Shown: positions 52,803 through 62,985 of the stretch, piece after piece
Layout: every line of letters starts with the position of its first letter
Position numbering within the stretch: the first letter of the stretch is position 1
Source: an uncultured Actinomycetes bacterium
Lineage (GTDB): Bacteria; Actinomycetota; Thermoleophilia; RBG-16-64-13
Assembly (NCBI GenBank): GCA_963706025.1
Contig: CAVPLM010000005.1
Coordinates: forward strand, 768,001-832,000
Reading direction: 5' to 3'
Length of the DNA stretch: 64,000 nt
Program-made: the position numbers and the translations under genes
The notes under the pieces: model-generated
Told to the model about the DNA's origin: nothing
The model's input: the letters and a program-made list of their open reading frames with translations, nothing else
The model's database searches: none

Positions 52803-53933
52803 ATGCCGAAGGAATACCCGAAGTTTACCGCCGCGGCCGTCCAGGTCGCTCCCGAATACCGCGACAAGCCTGTCTACTTCGACTCCGTGGCCACGCTGAA
52901 CAACGCCCTCCGCCGCATCAACGAGGCGGCCTCCAACGGAGCCACTCTGATCGTCTTCCCCGAGCTTCACATCCCGGGATACTGCCACTTCGCCATCGAT
53001 CTGACCAAGGGACCTGAGTACACCGGCATCTGGGCGGAATACCTGCGGCACGGCATCGAGGTGCCGAGCGAAGAGACCGACCTGCTCTGCAAAGCCGCCC
53101 GGCAGGCGAATGCGAACGTGGTGATCGGTATCAACGAGCGGGATAAGAAGTACGGAGGACGGCAGTACAACTCCATCCTCTACATCAGCAACCGGGGCGA
53201 GATCCTGGGGGTCCACCGCAAGATCAACATCACCGTGCAGGAGTTGATGATCCACACCCGCGGCGACGGTGGCCAGAACCTGCGCGTTCACGAGATGGAC
53301 TTCGGCGCGGTCAGCGGCCTGATCTGCGGGGAGCACGATCAGCCGCTGCTCAAGCAGTACTACATACTCCAGGGGACCAAGGTGAACTGCTCGCTGTGGC
53401 CGGGATACCTGGGCGGCGCCGAGGAGCTGCCCTGGGTCACGCCTGCCATGACCACGGCGATGGCTGTATCCGGTGCCTGCTGGTGCGTGCTTGCCGCCAA
53501 CTACATCCCCCCGGAGAAGCGGCCGACCGACTTCTATCCCAACACCGATTTCTACCAGAGCTTCGGGGGCAGCGCGATCATCAACCCGTTCGGGGAGGTA
53601 GCTGCCGGACCGGTGCGCGACCAGGAGACCATCGTCTACGCCGACATCGACCTCAAGCTGAACGAGATGGCCCGGGGAATCATCAACATCACCGGTCTCT
53701 ACAGCCGGTGGGACATCCTCAGCCTGCTGGTGCGGGAGAACGAGTACGAGCCTACAGTGCCCATGGAGTCGCTGGAGGCCGGCTCGCCCCGAGCGCAGGA
53801 CCTGGACCTCAAGGAAGGAGCTTCATTTGGCGCGGCGGGGACGGCTTCGGAAGCGGATGAGCTCACCGAACTGCGCAAGCGGGTCTCCGAACTCGAGAGG
53901 AAGCTCGGTTTGCTGGAGCCCCGTGGACAGTAG
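52803..53933 (+). CDS. Nitrilase (carbon-nitrogen hydrolase)
   Basis: Catalytic E-K-C in VFPE, HRK and LICGEH; AAAVQVAP; C-terminal coiled-coil-like tail. Confidence 0.88.
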   Translation: MPKEYPKFTAAAVQVAPEYRDKPVYFDSVATLNNALRRINEAASNGATLIVFPELHIPGYCHFAIDLTKGPEYTGIWAEYLRHGIEVPSEETDLLCKAARQANANVVIGINERDKKYGGRQYNSILYISNRGEILGVHRKINITVQELMIHTRGDGGQNLRVHEMDFGAVSGLICGEHDQPLLKQYYILQGTKVNCSLWPGYLGGAEELPWVTPAMTTAMAVSGACWCVLAANYIPPEKRPTDFYPNTDFYQSFGGSAIINPFGEVAAGPVRDQETIVYADIDLKLNEMARGIINITGLYSRWDILSLLVRENEYEPTVPMESLEAGSPRAQDLDLKEGASFGAAGTASEADELTELRKRVSELERKLGLLEPRGQ

Positions 53934-53950
53934 AAGGACCGATCTGAAAG

Positions 53951-55126
53951 ATGTGGGCCGTGCGCTTCTTTGACGCCCACTGCGACACCATTGGCAAGAT
54001 CCTGGAGGACAAGGCGGACTTCACCCGGACCGGCGATGACGCCGTCGAATTGGGCGATGGCGCACACGGGGGCGACCGACCCGGCACCGGCAGACTCCAC
54101 GTCACCCTGCCTGGTCTGCGTGCCGCCGGCGTGTGCGCCCAGGTTTTCGCCAGCTGGGTTTGGAGCGAGAAGCATCGGGGACGCGAGCTCGAGGTGGGTC
54201 TGGAGAAGGTCGAGGCCGTCCGGCGTCTGTGCGAGGAACACCCGGCCGATCTCTTCCTTGCTCTGACGGGTGCGGAGGTGTCCGGAGCATGTGAGAGATC
54301 CGGGCCGGCCCAGTCGGGCATGCAAGTGACGCGGGGCGGGGTGTCCGAGCCGGGCCTGTCCGTGACGAAAACCGCCATCATAGCCAGCTTGGAGGGAGCG
54401 GACCCGCTCCAAGGCGACGTGGACAATCTCGCCGTGTTCTACCAAGCGGGAGTGCGGCTTCTCACGCTTGCATGGGGTGACAACGCGTTCTGCGGCTCGA
54501 CATACGGTCCCGGGACCGGTCTTACCGTCCGGGGCGAGGAGCTCGTGGCGGCCTGCGAGGACTTGCGCGTGTTGGTCGATGTCTCCCACTCGTCCGATCA
54601 GGCCTTCGCCGACATCTGCCCGGTCGCCACCCGGCCCTTCATCGCCAGCCATAGCAACTGCCGGGCGCTCTGTCCCAGTCCCCGCAATCTCACCGACGAG
54701 ATGATACGGGCGCTGGCGGACCGCGGAGGCGTGGTCGGCATCACCCTTGCTCCGGGTTTCCTTTCGAGGAGTTTCTTAAAGGAGGAGCGTCCCCTGAGCG
54801 AAGCCTTCTTTCGCGCTATCGCGGCCGGGACCGAGTCGTTCGAGGAGGCCGTCAGGAAGAGCTCCATGGCCACCGCGCAGATCCCCCGTCCGCCCCTCGA
54901 GCTGATCGTCGACCACGTGCGGTGGGCCATGAACGTCGGCGGGGAGGACGCCGTGGGCCTGGGTGGGGACCTCGACGGCATCGATGCTCTCCCGCTGGGT
55001 CTCGAAGGAGTGGCGGATTATCCACGCATTGCGGAGTTGTTGACGGAAGCAGGCCTGACCGCCGCCCAGGTGGATAAGGTCTGTCACGGCAACTTCGTCC
55101 GGGTCTTCCGAGAAACCCTAGCCTGA
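53951..55126 (+). CDS. Membrane dipeptidase (M19) family protein
   Basis: DAHCDT, SLEGA, VDVSH, ASHSN, RNLTDE, GLGGDLDG. Confidence 0.9.
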   Translation: MWAVRFFDAHCDTIGKILEDKADFTRTGDDAVELGDGAHGGDRPGTGRLHVTLPGLRAAGVCAQVFASWVWSEKHRGRELEVGLEKVEAVRRLCEEHPADLFLALTGAEVSGACERSGPAQSGMQVTRGGVSEPGLSVTKTAIIASLEGADPLQGDVDNLAVFYQAGVRLLTLAWGDNAFCGSTYGPGTGLTVRGEELVAACEDLRVLVDVSHSSDQAFADICPVATRPFIASHSNCRALCPSPRNLTDEMIRALADRGGVVGITLAPGFLSRSFLKEERPLSEAFFRAIAAGTESFEEAVRKSSMATAQIPRPPLELIVDHVRWAMNVGGEDAVGLGGDLDGIDALPLGLEGVADYPRIAELLTEAGLTAAQVDKVCHGNFVRVFRETLA

Positions 55127-55231
55127 TATCACGCGTCAACGGCATACGGACCGTCCAAGACCGAGAAGGAAACCCCCTTCACACGCAGAAGACCTGACCT
55201 GGACCGGCGCACCCAATCACCCGGGGATCGC

Positions 55232-55330
55232 ATGGAGAACGTGATCGTCATCGGTACTCTCGCCGCTCTGGCGCTGGCTTCCGAGTGGTGGCTGAGAAGA
55301 CACAATCGGACCGCCGGCCGCCGCGCCTGA
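55232..55330 (+). CDS. Candidate 32-aa small membrane protein MENVIVIGTLAALALASEWWLRRHNRTAGRRA
   Basis: Manual translation; GGGGA before the ATG; hydrophobic N-half followed by WW and a basic tail; fills an otherwise empty gap. Confidence 0.45.
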   Translation: MENVIVIGTLAALALASEWWLRRHNRTAGRRA

Positions 55331-55394
55331 ATCATCTGGAGAACGAGCCCTCCGCGTACGATGGGAGCCGCCTCGCCGAGGGGCTGTCGCCAAC

Positions 55395-56174
55395 CTACAA
55401 CGAGCGCGAGTTGACGACCCGGTCGCGGCCCGGCCATATCAAGCGTCTCAGCCTTCCCAGCGACCGCCTTTCCCCGTAGCCGAGGATCAGCAGTACGCCG
55501 ACCAGAAGGATGATCTTCTGCATAAGCGGCATCGGCGTCCAATGGTAGGCGACCCGCTGCTCGATGATCGCTCGCAGCGGGATGCGGTCCGGCAGACTGG
55601 CCAGCCACCCTTCCCCCGAATCGGACACGAACGAGGTAGCCGAATCTTCCAGGTCCGTCGCCTGCTTGCCCGGCCAGTCCACCCATACGTGATCGAAGGA
55701 ATAGCGCATGGTGTATGGCATTCCCTTGGCTTCGAGGATGCTGGCCGTCAGGATCGCCTCAGCCTGGCAATCACCGGCCCGATCCCGCAACACCTCGGCC
55801 ACCGTGGGGAAGTACCAGGGCAACCCGTACACGGTCCAGGCCGGTTTGAAGGCCACGAAATCCGAGGCGAACTGCTCGATGGTCGCGTAGTCGGAGGGCA
55901 GACCGGCACCGACGGCAGACGCGGCCTGGGCGTCCACCGGCGGATTCCTCAGCCTCTCCACCGAGCTCGCGAAGGGGCGCGGATCGGGATACACGACTGC
56001 TCCGATCCAGACCACGATGGCGACCGCCATGAGAAGCCGCCTGGCTACTCCCCAGCCCAGGTTACGACGTCTGCGCCCGCTGGGCGTCGTAGCGAGGGTG
56101 GGCGCGCCTTCCGGCGCGCCCACCCTTCCAAGGCCCAGTCTCCGCAAACCGCCTGTCGGCCAAAGGCCGGCCAC
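55395..56174 (-). CDS. Membrane-anchored transglutaminase-like (Cys-His-Asp) protein; start uncertain
   Basis: AGDCQAEA and DHVWVD between two TM segments. Confidence 0.6.
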   Translation of the reverse strand: MAGLWPTGGLRRLGLGRVGAPEGAPTLATTPSGRRRRNLGWGVARRLLMAVAIVVWIGAVVYPDPRPFASSVERLRNPPVDAQAASAVGAGLPSDYATIEQFASDFVAFKPAWTVYGLPWYFPTVAEVLRDRAGDCQAEAILTASILEAKGMPYTMRYSFDHVWVDWPGKQATDLEDSATSFVSDSGEGWLASLPDRIPLRAIIEQRVAYHWTPMPLMQKIILLVGVLLILGYGERRSLGRLRRLIWPGRDRVVNSRSL

Positions 56175-56181
56175 GCCGCCG

Positions 56182-56865
56182 TCAGTCCTCCGGCCCCGGT
56201 CCGTAGGCGTCCAGCTTGACCGTATCGGAGACGACGTAGTCCATCTCGGTACAGGCGGCGATATCCTCGGGCGTATGGCCTCGAGCCACTTCTTCCAGCA
56301 CGAACCCCTTGTCGGGATAGCGGCGGAATACAGCCCGTTCGGTGATGATGACGTCGGCCTCACCGGCGCCTGTCAGGGGGAACGTGCACCTCTTGACCAG
56401 TTTGCTCTTGCCGTCCTTGGAGCAATGCTCGGTAATCACGTTGACGATCTTGGCTCCGGCCAGAAGGTCCATGGCGCCCCCCATGCCTGCCACCGCCTTG
56501 CCGGGGATGGCGTAGCTGGCGATGTTGCCCTCGCCGTCCACCTGGAACGTCCCCAGAAAGGTCATGTCCAGGTGACCACCTCGTATCATCCCGAACGAAG
56601 CGGCCGAGTCGAAGAAACTGGCTCCGGCGGTCATGGTGATCGGCTTTCCACTGGCATTGCCCCGGTCGGGGTCGTCACAGTAGGCCTCCGGAGCCGGCCC
56701 TACGCCGATGGCCCCGTTCTCGCTGTGGATGACGACGTCGACTCCGGCCGGCAGGTGATTGGCGATCAACGAGGAGACCCCGATGCCCAGGTTCACGATC
56801 TGGCCGTCCTTGAGTTCCTGGGCCGCCCGGGCGGCGATGACGTTCCTTATGTCGGGCACTCCCAT
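56182..56865 (-). CDS. Family I CoA-transferase subunit B (second pair)
   Basis: VNLGIG, HSENG catalytic Glu, MIRGGHLD, GMGGAMDL. Confidence 0.92.
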   Translation of the reverse strand: MGVPDIRNVIAARAAQELKDGQIVNLGIGVSSLIANHLPAGVDVVIHSENGAIGVGPAPEAYCDDPDRGNASGKPITMTAGASFFDSAASFGMIRGGHLDMTFLGTFQVDGEGNIASYAIPGKAVAGMGGAMDLLAGAKIVNVITEHCSKDGKSKLVKRCTFPLTGAGEADVIITERAVFRRYPDKGFVLEEVARGHTPEDIAACTEMDYVVSDTVKLDAYGPGPED

Positions 56866-56869
56866 CTCC

Positions 56870-57574
56870 TTAGGTAGCGGAAGGCGAACAGATGTCAAGC
56901 GACGATCCCCGGTAGAGCAGATCCGCCCTCACCACCGCATGCACGAAAAGACCCTGGGTGTAGACGGTCTCCGGAGCGATCTCGCCCGGACTGTAGAGGT
57001 ATTCCACCTCAGCGATGGTGTACCCGGCGCAAGCGGCGCACAGTGGGTTGAAGTTCATGGCCGTGCCTCGATACCTGAGGTTGCCCCAGGTGTCGCCGTC
57101 GTGCGCGCGCACCAGGGCGACGTCTGCGCGGATAGCCTCCTCCAGCAGATAGGTCTTCCCGTTGAGTTCGACGTGCTGCTTGCCCTCGGCTGCTACGGTC
57201 CCCAAGCCGGTGGGAGTGAGAAAGCCACCCAGCCCGGCACCCCCGGCCCGTAGCTGCTCCGCCAACGTGCCTTGCGGCACCAGTCGCAGTTCGATCTCCC
57301 CTGCATGGTAGGCCTTGACGACATCCGGAGTGGTGCCGATGTGAGTGGTCACGATCTTGCGTACCTGGCCCGCCTTCACCAATTCCACGATACCGCGGTC
57401 CCCGTAGCCCGCGGTGCTCGAGATGATGGTCAGGTCTTTCACACCAGAGTCCTGGAGCCCGTGGAGCAACGTCAGCGGATCGCCCAGGGCCAGGAAACCC
57501 CCGACTGCTATGGTCATCCCTGATTCGACGTGGGAAACAGCCTCTTTGAGGCTTACGACCTTGTTCCTAAGCAT
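56870..57574 (-). CDS. Family I CoA-transferase subunit A (second pair, AtoD/CtfA-like)
   Basis: VGGFL, PQGTLAEQLRAGGAG, GNLRY, NFNP. Confidence 0.92.
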   Translation of the reverse strand: MLRNKVVSLKEAVSHVESGMTIAVGGFLALGDPLTLLHGLQDSGVKDLTIISSTAGYGDRGIVELVKAGQVRKIVTTHIGTTPDVVKAYHAGEIELRLVPQGTLAEQLRAGGAGLGGFLTPTGLGTVAAEGKQHVELNGKTYLLEEAIRADVALVRAHDGDTWGNLRYRGTAMNFNPLCAACAGYTIAEVEYLYSPGEIAPETVYTQGLFVHAVVRADLLYRGSSLDICSPSAT

Positions 57575-57606
57575 CGCCTCTCCTCGGCCCCGCGCCGGGG
57601 CCCTTG

Positions 57607-58263
57607 CTAAACCGCTATGCTCCTGAGATCGCCGCTTACGATCAACTGCGGCTCGGTCACTTTCTGTATGTCCTCGGCGGTCAGCCCCGGGGCGACCTCG
57701 CGAAGCAGGAGACCCTCGGACGTGACTTCGATGACGGCGAGGTCGGTCACGATGAGGTTGACACACTGCTTGCCCGTGAGCGGCAGGGTGCACGCCTTGA
57801 GTATCTTCGGCGCTCCATCCTTCGTGCAGTGATCCATCATGATGATCACGTGCTTGGCCCCAGTGACCATGTCACCCGCGCCGCCCATCCCCTTGATCAT
57901 CTTGCCGGGGATCATCCAGTTCGCCAGGTCGCCCTGCTCTGAGACCTCCATGGCGCCCAGAACGGTGGCGTCCAGGTGACCCCCGCGGACCATCGCGAAC
58001 GAATCGGCATTCGAGAAGTAGCTGGCGCCGATCAGCTCGGTGATGGTCTCTTTGCCGGCGTTGATGAGGTCTGGATCTTCCTCGCCCTCATAGGGATAGG
58101 GACCAGCGCCGAGGATGCCGTTCTCGGAGTGCAAGAAGATGTCCATACCCTCCGGCAGATAGTTGCTCACGAGGGTGGGCATGCCGATCCCCAGGTTGAT
58201 GTAGTAGCCATCCTGGAATTCAACCGCGACCCGCCTGGCCTGCTGTTCCCGAGTAAGTGCCAT
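57607..58263 (-). CDS. scoB: 3-oxoacid CoA-transferase subunit B
   Basis: [34 protein letters not shown]. Confidence 0.88.
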   Translation of the reverse strand: MALTREQQARRVAVEFQDGYYINLGIGMPTLVSNYLPEGMDIFLHSENGILGAGPYPYEGEEDPDLINAGKETITELIGASYFSNADSFAMVRGGHLDATVLGAMEVSEQGDLANWMIPGKMIKGMGGAGDMVTGAKHVIIMMDHCTKDGAPKILKACTLPLTGKQCVNLIVTDLAVIEVTSEGLLLREVAPGLTAEDIQKVTEPQLIVSGDLRSIAV

Positions 58264-58304
58264 TGTTGCCTCCTGATGAATAGTATGCGGACGAGGAACA
58301 GCGT

Positions 58305-59003
58305 CTACGGCTTCGGCCGGACCGTGCGCCTTTCGATCCACTTCTCATAGAACTCACCCTGCACCACGCGATCGACGTAGATGCCGGGAGTGTGCACCAG
58401 ATCTGACTCGATCTCACCCGGCTCCACCAGATGCTCGACCTCGGCTATGGTGATGAGGCCGGCGGCGGCCACCAGAGGGTTGAAGTTGCGCGCGGTCTTG
58501 CGGTACACCAGGTTGCCGTACCTGTCGCCCTTCCAGGCGTGGACGATCGCGAAGTCGGCGCGCAGGCCTCTTTCCATCACGTATTCCCGGCCGTCGAACA
58601 CCCGGACTTCCTTGCCCTCCGCCAGCATGGTCCCGACCGCGGTCGGCGTGAAGAAGGCCGGGATGCCGGCGCCTCCGCAACGTATGCGTTCGGCCAGCGT
58701 GCCCTGCGGTACCAGTTCGACCTCGAGCTCCCCACTCAGGAACTGCCTCTCGAAGTTCTTGTTCTCGCCCACATAGCTGGCGACCATCTTGTGCACCTGG
58801 CCTGCCTGGAGCAGGATCCCGAGCCCGTATTCGTCGGTGCCGCAGTTGTTGCTTATGATGGTCAGGTCCTTGACGCCCTTCTGATGGAGAGCGCGGATAA
58901 GGTTTTCCGGGTTTCCGCACAGGCCAAATCCACCGCTCAGGATCGACGCCCCATCCTCTATGTCGAAGATGGCGGCCTCGGCACTCGGGAACACTTTGTT
59001 CAT
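58305..59003 (-). CDS. scoA: 3-oxoacid CoA-transferase subunit A
   Basis: [39 protein letters not shown]. Confidence 0.88.
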   Translation of the reverse strand: MNKVFPSAEAAIFDIEDGASILSGGFGLCGNPENLIRALHQKGVKDLTIISNNCGTDEYGLGILLQAGQVHKMVASYVGENKNFERQFLSGELEVELVPQGTLAERIRCGGAGIPAFFTPTAVGTMLAEGKEVRVFDGREYVMERGLRADFAIVHAWKGDRYGNLVYRKTARNFNPLVAAAGLITIAEVEHLVEPGEIESDLVHTPGIYVDRVVQGEFYEKWIERRTVRPKP

Positions 59004-59193
59004 CGTCCGTCGCCTCCAGACACCGTTGACATCTGGGCATTTATAGCATACGCGGCGGGCAGGCGCCGCGAGTGCGCCCGCAGCGAGCGGGGCGCGCGCG
59101 AAGGCGGGACTCCCGGGACCTCCCGGACAGGTCCCTGTCGGCCCGGGTCTTGTAATCGTCGCCCGGGAGCCATAACCTGTCAGGGATTTGCCG

Positions 59194-60312
59194 ATGCCAT
59201 ACTGCTACTACACCTGCAACCTACTCCCGGCCGCATTCCTATCTCGCTCGGGGTACGAGCCGAGATGGTTCGGAGCCCTTGCTTTGGACGCGGAGTTCGC
59301 CGGCCGCTTCGACTCCCCCAACGTGCATCCGATGACCTGTCCCTTCGTCACCAGGCTCGTGACGGCCGCCGAGAGGTTGCTCGGCGAGGGGCCGGCCGAC
59401 GACCGGGTCGTCGTTCCCGGCGGCTGCGACGCGATGCGCCGAGCCGGCGATCTACTCGCGTCGGCGTATCCGGATCAGGTCACGACTTTTCGACTGCCTC
59501 GATTCTCGGACGAGGGAGCACTGCGCGAACTCACGCGGGAGCTTGAGAGACTGGAGCAGTGGCTTGGTGCGCCCGCCGAGTCCCAGGCGGAGCGCCCCGA
59601 CCCTGCGCATGGGCACCCGCTCGAGCCCGGGACGAGGGACCATGTCGCGGAGGATGCCCAAGCCGTCACGGCGCTTGCTGGTCCCGGCGCCACGCTTAAC
59701 GATCACCCGCGCGGGTTCGACCTGCCCTCGGCGCCAAGGCCGGGGGGCGTGTTCGTCGTCGGCGGCCCGCTCAGCGATGACTCGCTCCTGAGATTCATCT
59801 TCAGACTCGGTTCACACATCTCCGGGGTCGAATCGTGCACCGCACCGGCGCGCTGGCGCGCGCTCGATGGACCAAGCGGGGAGCCCGGCGGCGGCCGCGA
59901 GGAGAGCCGCGACGTTGACCGCGGCGGCGGCCCCGACGAGGAGCCTAAGGCGACGCCCCTGAACAACCCGCTGCTAGAAGAGACCGCGCGCCTGATCCTC
60001 AGCGCGGGAGTTTGCCCCCGTCGTTCCTCAGCGGACCGCCGCGCCTATCTGGCCCAACGCATGACCGAAGCCCGACCCTCCTCAGTCATCTACGCCCGCC
60101 AGAGCTTCTGTGACCCGGGCGCTTACGATGCCCTGCTGGTCGCCGAGTTGGCCGAGAAGGAGGGTCTACCTTTTCTCGAGGTCGAGGTCGGGTTCCCGCT
60201 CGAGATCAGCGGCCCGCTGCGGACCCGGGTCGAGGCCTTTTTGGAAGCCCAGTTGCTCGACGACGACCTGTTGGATGACTTGGGCGACGACCTTATGAGA
60301 GAGGAGGACTAG
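59194..60312 (+). CDS. 2-hydroxyacyl-CoA dehydratase / benzoyl-CoA reductase-like Fe-S subunit
   Basis: YTC..LP, TCPFV, GCDAMRR, FCDP, LRTRVEAFLE. Confidence 0.75.
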   Translation: MPYCYYTCNLLPAAFLSRSGYEPRWFGALALDAEFAGRFDSPNVHPMTCPFVTRLVTAAERLLGEGPADDRVVVPGGCDAMRRAGDLLASAYPDQVTTFRLPRFSDEGALRELTRELERLEQWLGAPAESQAERPDPAHGHPLEPGTRDHVAEDAQAVTALAGPGATLNDHPRGFDLPSAPRPGGVFVVGGPLSDDSLLRFIFRLGSHISGVESCTAPARWRALDGPSGEPGGGREESRDVDRGGGPDEEPKATPLNNPLLEETARLILSAGVCPRRSSADRRAYLAQRMTEARPSSVIYARQSFCDPGAYDALLVAELAEKEGLPFLEVEVGFPLEISGPLRTRVEAFLEAQLLDDDLLDDLGDDLMREED

Positions 60313-60317
60313 CCAAC

Positions 60318-61559
60318 ATGCCCGGCATGGCCGACGTGACCGGCGATTCCCTCAGCGCCTCTCTCATCCGCACGGCCTTCTTGGCCCAGACTAGGTGGAA
60401 GGCCCTGAAGTCCTCCACCGCTCGTCGCTACATGGAACTGCACGCGCTGAGCGCTTCGCTCGAGCTTTTCAAACCCGGGGCCATCGTACCCTGGGTCTCA
60501 TACCTCTTCCCCACCGAGCTGCTGAGTTCCTACGGGATCACGCCCCTGATCCCTGAGATCGGATCGGCTACCCTGACCGGCAGTGACCTCCGCGACCAGG
60601 TGGAGGCCGCCGCGGCCCGTATGCCCCTGGCCCGCGATGTCTGCAGCTACCACCGCATCGCCCTAGCGGCCGTCGAGAACGACCTGCTGCCCGCGCCCTC
60701 GATGTGCCTGGGCACTACTCCCCTCTGCCTGGGAAAGGAGTGCCTGCTCGAGATGCTCGCCACCCGGCACAACGTGCCGTTCCGGGAGATACGGGTCCCG
60801 CTTCCACCGGACGAGGGCGAAGCCGCACCCGAAGTGGTCGCCGATGTGGCCGATCAGCTCCGCGTGCTCCACGACGACATCGGCCGCTGGACCGGCCTCA
60901 AGCCCAACCTCAAAAAGGCGATGGAACTCTCCAATAGGGCCTCGGCGGCCTGGGGCCGCATCATGGAGGAGCGCCTCGCGGGTCGTTTGGAGATGAACGG
61001 GCGCAGAACCTTCGCGATGGTGTTCCTGGGCCAGCTCCTGTGGGGTACCGAGGCGGGCGCCAAGGACTTCGAGCGGCTGCTGACCGAACGAGGCCGGCGT
61101 GACCTCATGGCGCCTGTGCCGGACGGCGGCCGAAGGCTCAAGCGCCTTCTGTGGCTGCACACCGTCCCCCACCACGATCGTGACCTCTTTGAGCTCATGG
61201 AGAAACGCGAAGCCGTGGTCATCTTCGAAGAGATGGGCCAGATGCACTTGGAGACCATCGATCCCGAGCATCCGTTCCCCGGCTTGGCCAAACGTCTCAC
61301 CGACCACACCCTATGGGGCACCTCCGCCCGGCGCGCCCGGCTGAACGTGGCCCTGGCCAAGCATCTGAAGGTCGACGGGGCCGTGCACTTCAATCACTGG
61401 GGGTGTCGCCACGGTCTGGGCTCGGTGCCGGTGGTCCGCTCCGCCTTCTTGGAGGCGGGTATCCCCTTCCTGGCCATCGATGGCGACGCCCTGGCCCGCG
61501 GAGGACCGAACCAGGAGAAGTCAGTACAGGCGATGGAGAGCTTCCTGGAACTGCTGTAA
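60318..61559 (+). CDS. 2-hydroxyacyl-CoA dehydratase / benzoyl-CoA reductase-like Fe-S subunit
   Basis: FPTELL, VCSYHR, TTPLC, VDGAVHFNHWGCR, GIPFLAIDGD, ESFLELL. Confidence 0.8.
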   Translation: MPGMADVTGDSLSASLIRTAFLAQTRWKALKSSTARRYMELHALSASLELFKPGAIVPWVSYLFPTELLSSYGITPLIPEIGSATLTGSDLRDQVEAAAARMPLARDVCSYHRIALAAVENDLLPAPSMCLGTTPLCLGKECLLEMLATRHNVPFREIRVPLPPDEGEAAPEVVADVADQLRVLHDDIGRWTGLKPNLKKAMELSNRASAAWGRIMEERLAGRLEMNGRRTFAMVFLGQLLWGTEAGAKDFERLLTERGRRDLMAPVPDGGRRLKRLLWLHTVPHHDRDLFELMEKREAVVIFEEMGQMHLETIDPEHPFPGLAKRLTDHTLWGTSARRARLNVALAKHLKVDGAVHFNHWGCRHGLGSVPVVRSAFLEAGIPFLAIDGDALARGGPNQEKSVQAMESFLELL

Positions 61560-61577
61560 CTGGGCTGCTCGCCTCCG

Positions 61578-61976
61578 TCAGGCCTGCTCCAATTCCACAA
61601 GGACCCCTGAAAGATCCCCCGGGTGAAGAAACAGCACGGGCTTGCCGTGAGCTCCTAGCTTCGGCTCGCCCAGGGGCCGGGCTCCCGCCGCTTTCAGCGC
61701 GTCGCGAGCAGCGACGACATCCTTCACCTCGAAGCAGACGTGGTGTAGGCCCCCGGCCCCGCTACGCTCCAGGAAGGAAGCTATAGGGGAGTCCTCGCCC
61801 AGCGGTTGGAGCAGCTCGATCCTCGTATTTGGGAGGTCCACGAACCTTACCGTGACCCCGTGTTCGGGCAGGGGGGTCGGTTCGGACACATCCACGCCCA
61901 GCACATCGCGGTAGGCGGCTGCCGCCGCATCCAGGTCGGGCACCGCGATGGCAATGTGATTCAGTCTCCCGATCAC
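61578..61976 (-). CDS. mce: Methylmalonyl-CoA epimerase
   Basis: LNHIAIAVPDL, EHGVTV.FV, IELLQPLG, GGLHHVCFEV, GAHGKPVLFLHP, VELEQ. Confidence 0.93.
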   Translation of the reverse strand: MIGRLNHIAIAVPDLDAAAAAYRDVLGVDVSEPTPLPEHGVTVRFVDLPNTRIELLQPLGEDSPIASFLERSGAGGLHHVCFEVKDVVAARDALKAAGARPLGEPKLGAHGKPVLFLHPGDLSGVLVELEQA

Positions 61977-62966
61977 GTGCACCCTCCTTTGCCCAGAAAG
62001 ACCTCCAGCAGCCTTTGCGCGGCCTGGGTAGGGGGTATGCCGCCCTCCTTGACCGCTTCTTCCAGAGCCGGCAGCTCTGCCCGCACGCCCGGGTCCTTCC
62101 GCAGTTCCGCTAGGAGTTCTTCCGAGGTCTCGCTCCAGAGCCAGGCCTGGGCCTGTTCGGCCCGGCGCGCGGCCAGTTCTCCGCTGGCGCTTGTGAGGTT
62201 TCGGTACTGCTCGACGTGTTCCCAGACCTCCCGGATACCCTCTCCGGTGACTGCCGAGCAGGTGTCCACGGGGACGGTCCAGCTCTGGCTGCGCCTGCGC
62301 AACAGAGAGAGGGCATACGCATAGTCGCCCGCGGTGCGGCGCGCGGCGGATCGGAGCTCGCCGTCCGCCTTGTTCACGACTACCATGTCGGCCAGCTCGA
62401 CGATGCCCCGCTTCATCCCTTGAAGCTCGTCCCCTCCTCCAGGCTGCAGCAGGAGAAGGAGCATGTCGGTCATGTCCGCGACCATCGTCTCCGACTGGCC
62501 CACGCCCATCGTTTCCACGAGGATGGCGTCGAACCCGGCGGCTTCGCACAACAGCATGGCTTCCCGCGTTCTCCGGGCGACGCCGCCCAGGGTCCGGCCC
62601 GCGGGTGACGGCCGGATGAAGGCCTCCTGGCGCCGGGCGAGCTGCTCCATGCGGGTCTTGTCCCCCAGGATGGAACCCCCGGAAAGGGTCGAAGAAGGGT
62701 CGACGGCCAGTACGGCCACCCGGTGGCCTCGATCGATCACGTAGCCGCCCAACGCCTCGATGAAGGTCGACTTTCCCACCCCTGGGGCGCCGGAGATGCC
62801 CAGACGGATCGAATGCCCGGTCGCTCCCATGAGCAATTCCAAAACCTCGGTGGCCCGGGCCCGATGGTCCGCCCTGGTCGACTCCACGAGGGTGATGGCC
62901 CGCGCCAGAGGCCCGCCTATGGCCTGCGCGCACTGCCTCAGCAAGGGTGGCGGCGGTGCTGGACAT
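61973..62966 (-). CDS. meaB: Methylmalonyl-CoA mutase-associated GTPase, frameshift near 62910
   Basis: LARAITLVES, GAPGVGKST, AVDPSS..SGGSILGDKTRM, VETMGVGQSE, NKAD. Confidence 0.93.
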
Positions 62967-62985
62967 GCGAACGGCTCCCCCCGAC

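Noticed and set aside
61578-62966. 462-aa ORF joining the MeaB start to Mce
   Set aside because: Frameshift artefact; meaB and mce are separate, overlapping genes.
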